Assembly (NCBI GenBank): GCA_964539595.1
Contig: CAZIJT010000001.1
Location: forward strand, 4,142-68,141
Length of the DNA: 64,000 bases
Direction of reading: 5' to 3'
DNA from: an uncultured Thiohalophilus sp.
GTDB taxonomy: Bacteria; Pseudomonadota; Gammaproteobacteria; UBA6429; Thiohalophilaceae
Shown here: piece by piece, positions 18,888 to 27,570 of the stretch
How the letters are laid out: each line of letters starts with the position of its first letter
How positions within the stretch are numbered: position 1 is the stretch's first letter
The notes under the pieces: generated by a model
Databases searched by the model: none
What the model was told of the DNA's origin: nothing
The model's input: only the letters and a program-made list of their open reading frames with translations
Translations under genes and position numbers: made by a program

Positions 18888-19739
18888 TCAGGGTCGGCGG
18901 GGGAATTTACTGAAGTCAGGATCTCGTTTTTCCAGAAATGCATCCCGGCCTTCCTGACCTTCTTCGGTCATATAAAATAGCGCGGTGGCATTACCGGCCA
19001 GTTCCTGTATTCCAGCCAGGCCATCGGTATCAGCATTGAATGCCGACTTGAGCATGCGCAAAGCAGTCGGTGAATGCGTCAACATTTCTCGACACCAGCT
19101 GAGCGTTTCAGCTTCCAGTTGCGCCAGCGGCACCACCGCATTCACCAGCCCCATTTGTAGCGCGTCTGCTGCTGAATACTGACGACAGAGAAACCAGATC
19201 TCTTTGGCCTTTTTCAGACCTACCGTGCGCGCCATTAAGCCCGCACCTAGCCCGGCATCAAAACTGCCCACCCGTGGCCCGGTCTGACCGAAGCGGGCGT
19301 TGTCCGCCGCAATAGTGAGATCACAAACTAGATGCAGCACATGGCCACCGCCGATAGCATAGCCTGCCACCATCGCCACCACCGGCTTGGGCAGGCGACG
19401 GATCTGCATTTGTAGATCCAGTACGTTCAGATGTTGCACACCCTCTTTATCTTTATAGCCACCATTATCGCCCCGCACTTTTTGATCGCCCCCGGCGCAA
19501 AAAGCTTGTTCGCCCACACCGGTGAGAATGATCGCGCCAATCGCAGAAGTATGATGGGCGTGATGAAAAGCCTGTGCGAGTTCGTTAATAGTTTCCGGAC
19601 GAAAGGCATTGCGAACCTGTGGCCGGTTGATACTAATTCGCGCGACGCCATCAAGGTGATGATAAAGAATGTCCTGAAAGTTCAGCTCATCGATGTTCTG
19701 CCACTGCATGTTGACCTGTCCCCTGTTTAAGCTATTCAA
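18888..19739 (-). CDS. menB: 1,4-dihydroxy-2-naphthoyl-CoA synthase
   Basis: Crotonase fold with the MenB-typical blocks RPxVRNAFRP, FCAGGDQ and C-terminal FxEKRxPDF. Confidence 0.9.
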   Translation of the reverse strand: MNSLNRGQVNMQWQNIDELNFQDILYHHLDGVARISINRPQVRNAFRPETINELAQAFHHAHHTSAIGAIILTGVGEQAFCAGGDQKVRGDNGGYKDKEGVQHLNVLDLQMQIRRLPKPVVAMVAGYAIGGGHVLHLVCDLTIAADNARFGQTGPRVGSFDAGLGAGLMARTVGLKKAKEIWFLCRQYSAADALQMGLVNAVVPLAQLEAETLSWCREMLTHSPTALRMLKSAFNADTDGLAGIQELAGNATALFYMTEEGQEGRDAFLEKRDPDFSKFPRRP

Positions 19740-19759
19740 AATTTATAACGCAAAGCCTG

Positions 19760-19792
19760 GTAGGGTGGGCACGTTTTTTGTGCCCACCCTAC
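19760..19792. repeat. 13-bp perfect hairpin GTAGGGTGGGCAC-N7-GTGCCCACCCTAC between menD and menB
   Basis: Read directly from the sequence. The menD stop codon lies in the 3' arm. It is probably an intercistronic RNA stability or attenuation element. Confidence 0.6.
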
Positions 19793-21489
19793 TGTTCTAG
19801 CGACTGCCAGTAAGCCCGATGCCGGACAACACTATCGGCGGCATCGATCTCAACTTCTAATAATCTTGCGCCGGATTGTTTCAACATAACATCCAGCTTT
19901 GCGGCAAAATCATTTATTACCGTCACCTTGTCGTAGACCAGATTATACAGCCCGGCAACCTGCGAAAAATCCAGTCCCGGATCAGTCTGCCAGTCACGCT
20001 CGAACTCAGGCAAGGCCGCCTGCGGCAGGTGCTGAAAAATCCCACCACCATGATTGTTGATCACAATGATCAACACATCCAGCTCACGCAGCGCAAGCAA
20101 ACCATTCATATCATGGTAGCAGGCCAGATCCCCCAATAGTCCAACAAGCTTGCCTGTTTGATTATTTGCAGCCAGCCCCGCCAACGTCGAGACGTTTCCA
20201 TCAATACCACTCGCTCCACGATTAGCAACAATGCGTAGCAGTTTATCAGCGTGGCCGGAAAAACTGTCCAGATTACGAACCGGCATGGAGTTGCTGGAAA
20301 ACAGCGTGCTATGCGCTGGCAACGCGGCCACAAGTTGTTCAACAAGCTGTGCCTCAACAATATCTGTATCTACCAGTTTTTGCTGCGCCCGCTGTTCCTG
20401 CTGCAAAAAAGCCTCAAGCCAGGCCACTGGCGCAGCGGCAGAAACTCGACTGCGCAGCTGTTCACAGAACAGATCCACATCCGCAATCACCAGCGCATCA
20501 ATCTGCTGCAACGGATCACGCCAGCGCGCCTGTGGATCGAGTAGAACCGTAAAACTGTCAGCACAGGTGTCGAGATAATTAAGCAAGTATTTTGAAACCG
20601 GCACCGCGCCGAGACGCAAAATCCATTCAGGCTGATGCTCGGCAACAAAATTGGCTGCGCGTAAAAAACTATCATAGCGCGTGATCAGCGGATGCTTGTG
20701 ATGTTCCCCAAAACGTAAAGTAGAAAGTGGATCAGCTAGCACCGGCACACCCAAAACACTGGCTAGTTGCAATAGCGCATCGGCGTGCATCACGTCAGTT
20801 GATTCTGGCCCGGCGATAATTACTCCGGTCTTGCCCGCCAATCTCTCAGCCAGGTTTTGCAGCTGTGTCGGATCAGGCTGGGCAACAGGAAATGCTGGCT
20901 GGGCATCATCATGACTAAACTCCAGCCGCAGCTCATCATCTATGTCTGGCGTCAGCGGTTCAGTAAAAGGGATATTCAAATGCACCGGACCAGGCAGCGG
21001 CCAGCGACTTTCAGTAATACTGCGGCGACCAAGCTGCTGCGCATAGCGCAATTGCGCCGGGCTATCTCCCGCCAGCGGCAGGGCATGAAACTGGCGCAGC
21101 TGACCACTGAATAATTGCCTCTGATCAATCGTCTGGTTCGCCCCCCAGCCCTGTAATTCTGGCGGTCGATCCGCACTCATTAAAATCAGTGAAATGGCAC
21201 TGTGATGGGCTTCGATCACGGCAGCCAACCAGTGTGCGGCGGCGCTACCCGAGGTGGCAATCAGGGCAACGGGACGAGCCTCCATTCGCGCCAGCCCCAG
21301 GGCAAAAAAGGCGGCACAACGTTCATCAATCTGGATCCAGGTTTTTAACGCCGGATGACGTTCACAGGCCAGTACCAGCGGCGTCGAACGGGAACCGGGA
21401 GAAATCACTACTTGCCGCAAGCCTGCGGCGACCAGGCCATCGATTAGCGCCTGCGCCCAGCGCAGATTAATGCTGCCCTGATCAGACAT
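19789..21489 (-). CDS. menD: SEPHCHC synthase (ThDP-dependent)
   Basis: 566 aa. The N-terminus (NLRWAQALIDGL...GSRSTPL) and a GDL...ND ThDP-binding block are typical of MenD. Confidence 0.85.
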   Translation of the reverse strand: MSDQGSINLRWAQALIDGLVAAGLRQVVISPGSRSTPLVLACERHPALKTWIQIDERCAAFFALGLARMEARPVALIATSGSAAAHWLAAVIEAHHSAISLILMSADRPPELQGWGANQTIDQRQLFSGQLRQFHALPLAGDSPAQLRYAQQLGRRSITESRWPLPGPVHLNIPFTEPLTPDIDDELRLEFSHDDAQPAFPVAQPDPTQLQNLAERLAGKTGVIIAGPESTDVMHADALLQLASVLGVPVLADPLSTLRFGEHHKHPLITRYDSFLRAANFVAEHQPEWILRLGAVPVSKYLLNYLDTCADSFTVLLDPQARWRDPLQQIDALVIADVDLFCEQLRSRVSAAAPVAWLEAFLQQEQRAQQKLVDTDIVEAQLVEQLVAALPAHSTLFSSNSMPVRNLDSFSGHADKLLRIVANRGASGIDGNVSTLAGLAANNQTGKLVGLLGDLACYHDMNGLLALRELDVLIIVINNHGGGIFQHLPQAALPEFERDWQTDPGLDFSQVAGLYNLVYDKVTVINDFAAKLDVMLKQSGARLLEVEIDAADSVVRHRAYWQSLEQ

Positions 21490-22970
21490 CAGCCGGTGGC
21501 GCGGGGAGCCTGTCTCACCGCCCCGCTATCTTCATTTTCAGATACATTTTCGAGTATCTGAAGCAGCGACCGCAGCTTCAGATCGGTTTCTGCCAACTCC
21601 CCCACTGGATCCGAATCCGCCACCACCCCCGCCCCGGCATACAGATCCGCCTGCCGTCCCTGCAACAGGGCGCAGCGCAAAATTACCGACAACTCACCAT
21701 TGCCACCGCGTTCCAGCCAACCTGCCGCGCCGGTGTACCAGCCTCGGGCAAACGGTTCATGCTGTTTGATCCACGCCTGCGCCTTCGCCGTTGGCGTCCC
21801 CGCCACCGCCGGGGTTGGGTGCAGACGAGCAACAATATCCAGTAAACCCACCCCCGCTCGTGCCTGCGCCTTGATCGGTGTCCACAAATGCTGGAGTTGC
21901 CGCAACGGCATTACCGCAGGCGTGTTCGGTAGCTGTAGGGATGAACACAGCGGATCAAGGGCACGCAGCATTTGATCTACCACCAGCGCATGTTCACGGC
22001 GAATCCGTGGACTCTGCATTAATTCATTCGTCATCGTCTGATTATGACCGGCACACTCACTACGCGGCATGGTGCCACCCAACGCATCGCAGCGCAGCTG
22101 CCCATCAGTAAACTGCACCAGTTTTTCTGGCGTCGCGGCCACCAGGGTCGAACCACCCAGACCGATACCCAATTGCGTGCAGCCCGGAAACTGCCGCGCC
22201 AACTTTTCTAGAATCTGTGTGGGGCGCAAGACTCGGCAAGCCTGAAAGTGCAGGTGACGTGCGGGCACAACCTTGGTGAATTCACCGGCATGGATCGCTT
22301 GCCGAACCTGCTCGACCTGCTTCAGCCAGGTTTCATTTTCAGGTTCAGACTGGATCAGTTGCAGGCCAGCGCACTGATCATCTTCCAGCCCCGCTGACTC
22401 TGATGTTAGTAACTCTCGGCATAACCCTAGCCAGTCCTGCACCTGTCGCAAACGTTGCGGCGGCGTACGTAAACATTCTGGTTTCGCACTCAGGTGTAAA
22501 CTTACCTGTTCGCCATCCTGTTGTAGCAACACCTGCGGCACGCTCAGCAGGGTATTCGGCCAGGCCTGCCAGGGCGCAGCTGCGGCTTCGTCTGCAGCAA
22601 ACGCAAAGCCCACAAACGCTGCCGCCTGTGGCAGGCGCGTCGAGCCATCCAGCGCATGCACCGCCCACCCGGCTTGCAGGCACCGAAAAGCCTGCTGTAG
22701 TTCGGCAACACGCGGTGCATCACCGCCGTCACCCGCCGCCGACTCATACGTATACGCACACCCCAGCCCTAACCTGAATCGATTACGATCAGGCTGGGCG
22801 CTGTAGAAAAACATTGCATCAGTAGCGGGAAGGTTAAACTTTGGCACTAGCGTCAGCGGCAGACTTAAGGTGCACAGTGCCGCCGTGTCTGGCCAACACA
22901 GATCATCCAGTGCCTGGCTCAGTTGAATTTGCAGCGCAGAAAGAAGCTTATTAATAGGGCAAGTTTTCAT
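21489..22970 (-). CDS. menF: isochorismate synthase
   Basis: 493 aa. The C-terminal chorismate-binding blocks are LHPTPAVAG, RGWY.G and AGAG.V. It is the first gene of the men operon. Confidence 0.8.
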   Translation of the reverse strand: MKTCPINKLLSALQIQLSQALDDLCWPDTAALCTLSLPLTLVPKFNLPATDAMFFYSAQPDRNRFRLGLGCAYTYESAAGDGGDAPRVAELQQAFRCLQAGWAVHALDGSTRLPQAAAFVGFAFAADEAAAAPWQAWPNTLLSVPQVLLQQDGEQVSLHLSAKPECLRTPPQRLRQVQDWLGLCRELLTSESAGLEDDQCAGLQLIQSEPENETWLKQVEQVRQAIHAGEFTKVVPARHLHFQACRVLRPTQILEKLARQFPGCTQLGIGLGGSTLVAATPEKLVQFTDGQLRCDALGGTMPRSECAGHNQTMTNELMQSPRIRREHALVVDQMLRALDPLCSSLQLPNTPAVMPLRQLQHLWTPIKAQARAGVGLLDIVARLHPTPAVAGTPTAKAQAWIKQHEPFARGWYTGAAGWLERGGNGELSVILRCALLQGRQADLYAGAGVVADSDPVGELAETDLKLRSLLQILENVSENEDSGAVRQAPRATG

Positions 22971-23218
22971 GGTAAATAAAACACACCGTTATTTGCAAGA
23001 TACGCCGGGCAGATTTTAACAGGTATAAGTAAAGCCTGATCCTCAGTATTAGCGGTTAACCGGCAATCATCATGATCAAATTGACACGCCACCAGCCACC
23101 ACTAATAAGCCTATAACTTATAACAGTATGCGATTGATCTGAAACAATGTTCACTCCAGCCACAAACAATAGTATTCTATCATCTATACATCAAATTTCT
23201 TTCCCACATGAGCAAAAC

Positions 23219-23557
23219 ATGAAAAAAGTCGGCTTCCTGATCTTCCCACTACTACTTCTTAGCAGCGCCCCAGCATCTGCCACTACTGACGCACAACAAC
23301 AGGCCATCGACTCGCTCGGGCAATTAAATGGCATTGCCCTACAGTGCAAACAAAAGGCAGAGATGCAGCGCATGAAACAGGCGATGGTGGCGAACCTGCC
23401 CAAACAACGTCAACTTGGTGAGCGTTACGACAAGGCCACCAATCAATCTTTTCTCGACTTTGCCCGTACTAATCAACACTGTCCACAGAACACCGACTTT
23501 AGCCGTCAGATAGACACGGCCATCGACAAATTAAAGCACGCCTTCCACTCGCACTAG
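23219..23557 (+). CDS. small secreted protein, two Cys, His-rich C-terminus (hypothetical)
   Basis: I used the internal ATG at 23219. It has a signal peptide MKKVGFLIFPLLLLSSAPASA. It lies immediately upstream of the ZnuA-Sco fusion gene. Confidence 0.5.
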   Translation: MKKVGFLIFPLLLLSSAPASATTDAQQQAIDSLGQLNGIALQCKQKAEMQRMKQAMVANLPKQRQLGERYDKATNQSFLDFARTNQHCPQNTDFSRQIDTAIDKLKHAFHSH

Positions 23558-23567
23558 CCGTTTTATT

Positions 23568-24983
23568 ATGCCCAGTATGAATTACCGTATCCTCTGCCTG
23601 CTGCTTGGTCTATTGGGCAGTGGCCTGGTACAGGCAACCTCCTTGCACATCGTAGTCAGCATCAAGCCCATTCATTCGATCATCAGCGGCCTGATGGAAG
23701 GTGTCGAGCAGCCCGAACTACTGATCTCAGGTAACGCCAGCCCTTACACCTACCAGCTAACTGCGGCGCAAAAGGCATCACTAAAAACTGCCGATCTAAT
23801 TATCTGGACAGGCGCGGAGCTTGAACCCTTTTTGCCCGAGGAGCTAAAAAAACTCAAGGCCCCCAGCAAGATCATTGAGTTATTGAACAACCCGGAAATC
23901 AAGGTTCTGCCACAGCGCAAAGACGAAACACGCCGCGATCCCTACCTCTGGCTCGACAGCCGCAACGCCCTGATTCTGCTCGATGCCTTCACCCGTATGC
24001 TGATCGATCTTGATCCCGTTCGCACCCATCTCTATGTGCGCAACCGCGCTAACATGCTCGCCGTTTTATCCCGCGTTGATCGAGAGCTGGAATATGGTTA
24101 TCGCGGAATGAAAGCAGGCGTGGGCTACCTCTACTATGACAGTCTGCAATATTTTGAACAGGCTTATGCGCTGAAAATACGCGGCACATTGTTAACCGCA
24201 CCCAATGAGCCGATTAACACTCAACAACTGCTACAGGCGCATGCCCAGCTCAATAATGGTGATTACCGTTGCCTGTTGGTAGAGACGGACGTTAGCGATG
24301 CACAGATTCAATTACTGACAGGGGACGCCAACATCAACATTGGCCGACTGGACAGTATGGGGCGGCAATTCAAACCCGGCGCTGATTTATACGCAAAGCT
24401 GATGCGTTATAACACTCGGGTAATAAAAGACTGTCTCGGAATTCAGGATCAGGATGCGGCAGATACACTCACTCAAAACAGCAATGCTATCGCTGGTAAT
24501 ATTGGCGGCCACTTTATTATGGTCAACCATCGTGGCGAACAAATCACGGATCGAGACATGCGGGGCAAATACCAGCTGATCTATTTCGGTTACACCTCAT
24601 GCCCCGATGTCTGCCCCATGTCTTTGCAGGTCATGTTGCAGGCGCTTAAAAAAATCGGCGACAAAGCCGCTGCTTTTCAGCCCTATTTTATTACTGTTGA
24701 TCCTGAACGCGATAGCCAGACAGTGATGCAGGACTATGTTAATTACTTTGACCAACGCATCATCGGACTCACCGGCACACCGAATATGACCGAGATCATG
24801 GCCCAACATTTCCGTATTCGCTACGAGAAAGTAATCAATGATCCTGAACATCCAGAAAACTACCAGATGGATCACACCTCAAGTATTTTTATTATCGATC
24901 CCAAAGGCCAATTTGTTGCCCGCGTCGCCAGCAATATTACAGCCCGGCAAATGGCCGCGCGTTTACTGGAGCTGGTTGATTAA
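23568..24983 (+). CDS. fusion of a ZnuA/TroA-like periplasmic binding domain and a Sco1/SenC copper chaperone domain
   Basis: The N-terminal ~290 aa match cluster A-I SBP blocks (IKPIHS, SPYTY, ADLIIWTG.ELE.FL, DPYLWLD, YDSLQYF). The C-terminal ~170 aa carry the Sco motif YFGYTSCPDVCP and the downstream DHTS block. Confidence 0.8.
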   Translation: MPSMNYRILCLLLGLLGSGLVQATSLHIVVSIKPIHSIISGLMEGVEQPELLISGNASPYTYQLTAAQKASLKTADLIIWTGAELEPFLPEELKKLKAPSKIIELLNNPEIKVLPQRKDETRRDPYLWLDSRNALILLDAFTRMLIDLDPVRTHLYVRNRANMLAVLSRVDRELEYGYRGMKAGVGYLYYDSLQYFEQAYALKIRGTLLTAPNEPINTQQLLQAHAQLNNGDYRCLLVETDVSDAQIQLLTGDANINIGRLDSMGRQFKPGADLYAKLMRYNTRVIKDCLGIQDQDAADTLTQNSNAIAGNIGGHFIMVNHRGEQITDRDMRGKYQLIYFGYTSCPDVCPMSLQVMLQALKKIGDKAAAFQPYFITVDPERDSQTVMQDYVNYFDQRIIGLTGTPNMTEIMAQHFRIRYEKVINDPEHPENYQMDHTSSIFIIDPKGQFVARVASNITARQMAARLLELVD

Positions 24984-25035
24984 TTGCTTTAGCAAATAAT
25001 CAACCCCACGCTAAGCAGACAGGATATCTGCGTAT

Positions 25036-25060
25036 CTAGGTACGGCTTCAACCGCACAGG
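25036..25060. repeat. REP-like element fragment (CTAGGTACGGCTTCAACCGCACAGG)
   Basis: It shares the GGTACGGCTTCA core with the elements at 7457 and 10622. Confidence 0.5.
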
Positions 25061-25079
25061 AAATTAACCCCGTAGAGAC

Positions 25080-25577
25080 TCACTCAGCAATATAATCATA
25101 TTTAATAATATGATCTTTGACGATGCCTTTTTTTATCACTTGAATGAAACCATCGAGAAATTCAATGGTGCAAGGGTTTGAGCTGCCACAGTCAAACTGG
25201 ATCTGACCATCGACTCTACGAAAATCATCAAGGTGTGCAACGACCTGTTTGTCCAGCAAACCGAATGTATCTCGTATATAAGCACTGCCTGCGGTACTGC
25301 CACTAGCCGCCGCAAAAACCTTGTTTATCATCTCCGATGAAAGCTGCTTCGAATATGGATAAGGAATGTATAATCTTAGTACTCTGTCACCAGGATAAAA
25401 TTTCACATAATGGCTCTTGCCAGACATCTCGGCCATCTTGCCATCATTTTCCTGTCTGGAAAAATAACCTGAATAAACGACAATATCTTCCTTTTCCTGC
25501 TCCGCGTAGGCGAGCCCCGAAAATAGTATTGATACCACGATAGCGAGCAACGGAAAGGCCCTGGTGACTGTCATCAT
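25080..25577 (-). CDS. secreted hypothetical protein
   Basis: I preferred the internal start MMTVTRAFPLLAIVVSILFSGLAYA, which has a GAGGA RBS upstream. No motif recognised. Confidence 0.5.
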   Translation of the reverse strand: MMTVTRAFPLLAIVVSILFSGLAYAEQEKEDIVVYSGYFSRQENDGKMAEMSGKSHYVKFYPGDRVLRLYIPYPYSKQLSSEMINKVFAAASGSTAGSAYIRDTFGLLDKQVVAHLDDFRRVDGQIQFDCGSSNPCTIEFLDGFIQVIKKGIVKDHIIKYDYIAE

Positions 25578-25815
25578 TATTATCCTCAAACTGTTTAAAA
25601 TAACGTAAAATTTGGCATAGAATAACACCCGGCAAGATACTTGCGCCAGCAATATAGCAGCAGAAACAAGACCTGAATTATGCCCCGGCGCATGTTCAGA
25701 ACAAATGCCTGTGCTATACTTCTGTATCTGCAAATACACTGTCAATTTTGACATAAATTTAACATCGCCAGACTGTATTTGACCAACATTCTAAGCGCAG
25801 CTATACACAAGATTA

Positions 25816-26130
25816 ATGCAACGATTTTTTAATACTGGCTGGACTTTATCTATTTTTATGGCGCTAATCTGCATACTGGCTGCTCCTGTTAACACCCTCT
25901 ATGCCTCTGAGCATTCTCCATCCGCTACTGCACGAACATCCACACTGCCAGCAGGCGAACTAGCAACGACGACACCGGCAGAAAATAAAACCTCAGCAGC
26001 CAAAAACCCGGAAAGAAAACTCTCTGCTTTTTTTAAAGTTGGCATTGCTATTAATATCGCCATGATGCTTACCTTTGCCTGGTGGGCGCAGCGCCAATGG
26101 CGAATGTCTACAAAAAACAAGGATACCTAG
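25816..26130 (+). CDS. small membrane protein (hypothetical)
   Basis: 104 aa with a signal/TM segment and a C-terminal TM. Its stop overlaps the start of the downstream Sco gene (TAGATG). Confidence 0.45.
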   Translation: MQRFFNTGWTLSIFMALICILAAPVNTLYASEHSPSATARTSTLPAGELATTTPAENKTSAAKNPERKLSAFFKVGIAINIAMMLTFAWWAQRQWRMSTKNKDT

Positions 26131-26760
26131 ATGACGACAAAATCATCTTCGCTCAACAAGAGCCTGTTATTATTTCTCATCTCTATGCTGATCCTCGCGG
26201 CAATCGTCGTATTCAGGCTACTACCGTCGAAGCAAATACCCGCCGAATTGCAGGCCGTATTACGCATTCAGCCAGTAACATTAACCGACTTTGAACTCAC
26301 GGATCAAAGCGGCAAAGCCTTTACTCTGGCGCAACTAAAAGGCAAAAGAACCCTGCTGTTTTTCGGCTATATGTCCTGCCCGGATATCTGCCCGACAACA
26401 CTAACCACACTTGCTCAGCTGGTAAAAAAACTTGACGCCTATGCTAATGCCGATTTACAGGTGGTGTTTGTCTCGGTCGATCCAAAACGCGACCCACCTG
26501 AAAAACTGGCCGAATACTTAAATTATTTTAATCCTAATTTTATCGGCCTTGGCGGTGACAAAGAAGCCATCGATAAGTTTACCCGTCAGTTTGCTGCAGG
26601 CTATATGCTGGAAGAAGAACAGAAGGACGGTAATTACCTTGTCTCACATACCAGTTCAATTTTTATGATCGATCCACAAGCCAAACTCATCGCAACATTT
26701 TCGCCACCACATCAGATTGATACTCTTGTTTCTCTGTATCGTCAGATCAAGAAAATCTAA
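26131..26760 (+). CDS. Sco1/SenC family copper chaperone
   Basis: N-terminal TM anchor, the FFGYMSCPDICP CxxxC motif, and a downstream SHTSS His block. Confidence 0.85.
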   Translation: MTTKSSSLNKSLLLFLISMLILAAIVVFRLLPSKQIPAELQAVLRIQPVTLTDFELTDQSGKAFTLAQLKGKRTLLFFGYMSCPDICPTTLTTLAQLVKKLDAYANADLQVVFVSVDPKRDPPEKLAEYLNYFNPNFIGLGGDKEAIDKFTRQFAAGYMLEEEQKDGNYLVSHTSSIFMIDPQAKLIATFSPPHQIDTLVSLYRQIKKI

Positions 26761-26788
26761 ATTCGCTTTCGACTGAGCTGATATCTCA

Positions 26789-27217
26789 ATGGACATCATT
26801 CCGTTTTTACCGCCATTACAGGCCGGACTCAATGCTTTGTCTACACTGCTGCTGAGTCTGGGTTATTATTTTATTCGCAACAAAAATAAAACCGCACACC
26901 GTCGCTGTATGATCTCGGTGCTATTTGTTTCCACCCTGTTTACCATCTCCTATCTGTATTACCATTCCCAGGTAGGTAATGTTGCCTTTGCGGGTCAGGG
27001 GCTTATTCGACCGGTTTATTTTTCGCTTCTTATTTCACATATTTTTCTGGCCGCCCTGATCATTCCAATGGTATTAACGACTGTCTGGCGAATCATCCAG
27101 CGGCAAACAGAACGACATCGACAACTGGCTCGCTGGACATTGCCCGTGTGGCTGTATGTCTCGGTCACTGGAATCATGATCTACATCATGGCCTTTCATC
27201 TTTATCCCACAACATAA
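26789..27217 (+). CDS. DUF420 family membrane protein (oxidase-assembly associated)
   Basis: 142 aa with four TM helices. The N-terminal LNA.S..LL..G...I block is typical of DUF420. It is adjacent to the Sco gene. Confidence 0.6.
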   Translation: MDIIPFLPPLQAGLNALSTLLLSLGYYFIRNKNKTAHRRCMISVLFVSTLFTISYLYYHSQVGNVAFAGQGLIRPVYFSLLISHIFLAALIIPMVLTTVWRIIQRQTERHRQLARWTLPVWLYVSVTGIMIYIMAFHLYPTT

Positions 27218-27302
27218 TTACTGCGACCAAAATAACAGGGCAAAGTAACCGCTGAACAGGTATTATCGAGATTACGCCATTAAACTTACAAGGTACTAAA
27301 TA

Positions 27303-27551
27303 ATGGAAATGGTTTATTACACCGTGGTTGCTGTCCTGCTCTATCTGGTTTCGGACTGGCTATTGACCCGGATCGAAATTTATAAAGGTGCACGCCTGGC
27401 TAACCGTTCAATCTACTTTTTTACAATTATCATGGTGCTCTCAGTCGGGTCGTTCTCACTAATTAGCGCACTGTATGAGAAACCAGTGGTGGAAACGAGT
27501 AACACCACAACTGCACCAGCAACAGCCGAGCCCAGCAGCGTTCCTGATTAA
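27303..27551 (+). CDS. small two-TM membrane protein (hypothetical)
   Basis: 82-aa ORF with two hydrophobic segments and a Thr/Ala/Pro-rich tail. Confidence 0.4.
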   Translation: MEMVYYTVVAVLLYLVSDWLLTRIEIYKGARLANRSIYFFTIIMVLSVGSFSLISALYEKPVVETSNTTTAPATAEPSSVPD

Positions 27552-27570
27552 CCCGGGTTATCTATGTTGG

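Noticed and set aside
23147-23218. Long N-terminal extensions implied by the ORF track. Affected ORFs are 23147, 25754, 36010, 50768, 54879, 4786, 46569, 29646 and 38036.
   Set aside because: In each case an internal start gives a proper signal peptide or a conserved N-terminus, and sits behind a Shine-Dalgarno-like sequence. The extensions have no recognisable features. Start-site choices remain predictions.
25740-25753. Palindrome TGTCAATTTTGACA, considered as a sixth FNR-type site.
   Set aside because: The half sites are in the inverted arrangement (GTCAA...TTGAC with a 2-4 nt centre), not TTGAT-N4-ATCAA. It may be an operator for another factor, but nothing in the sequence supports a specific call.
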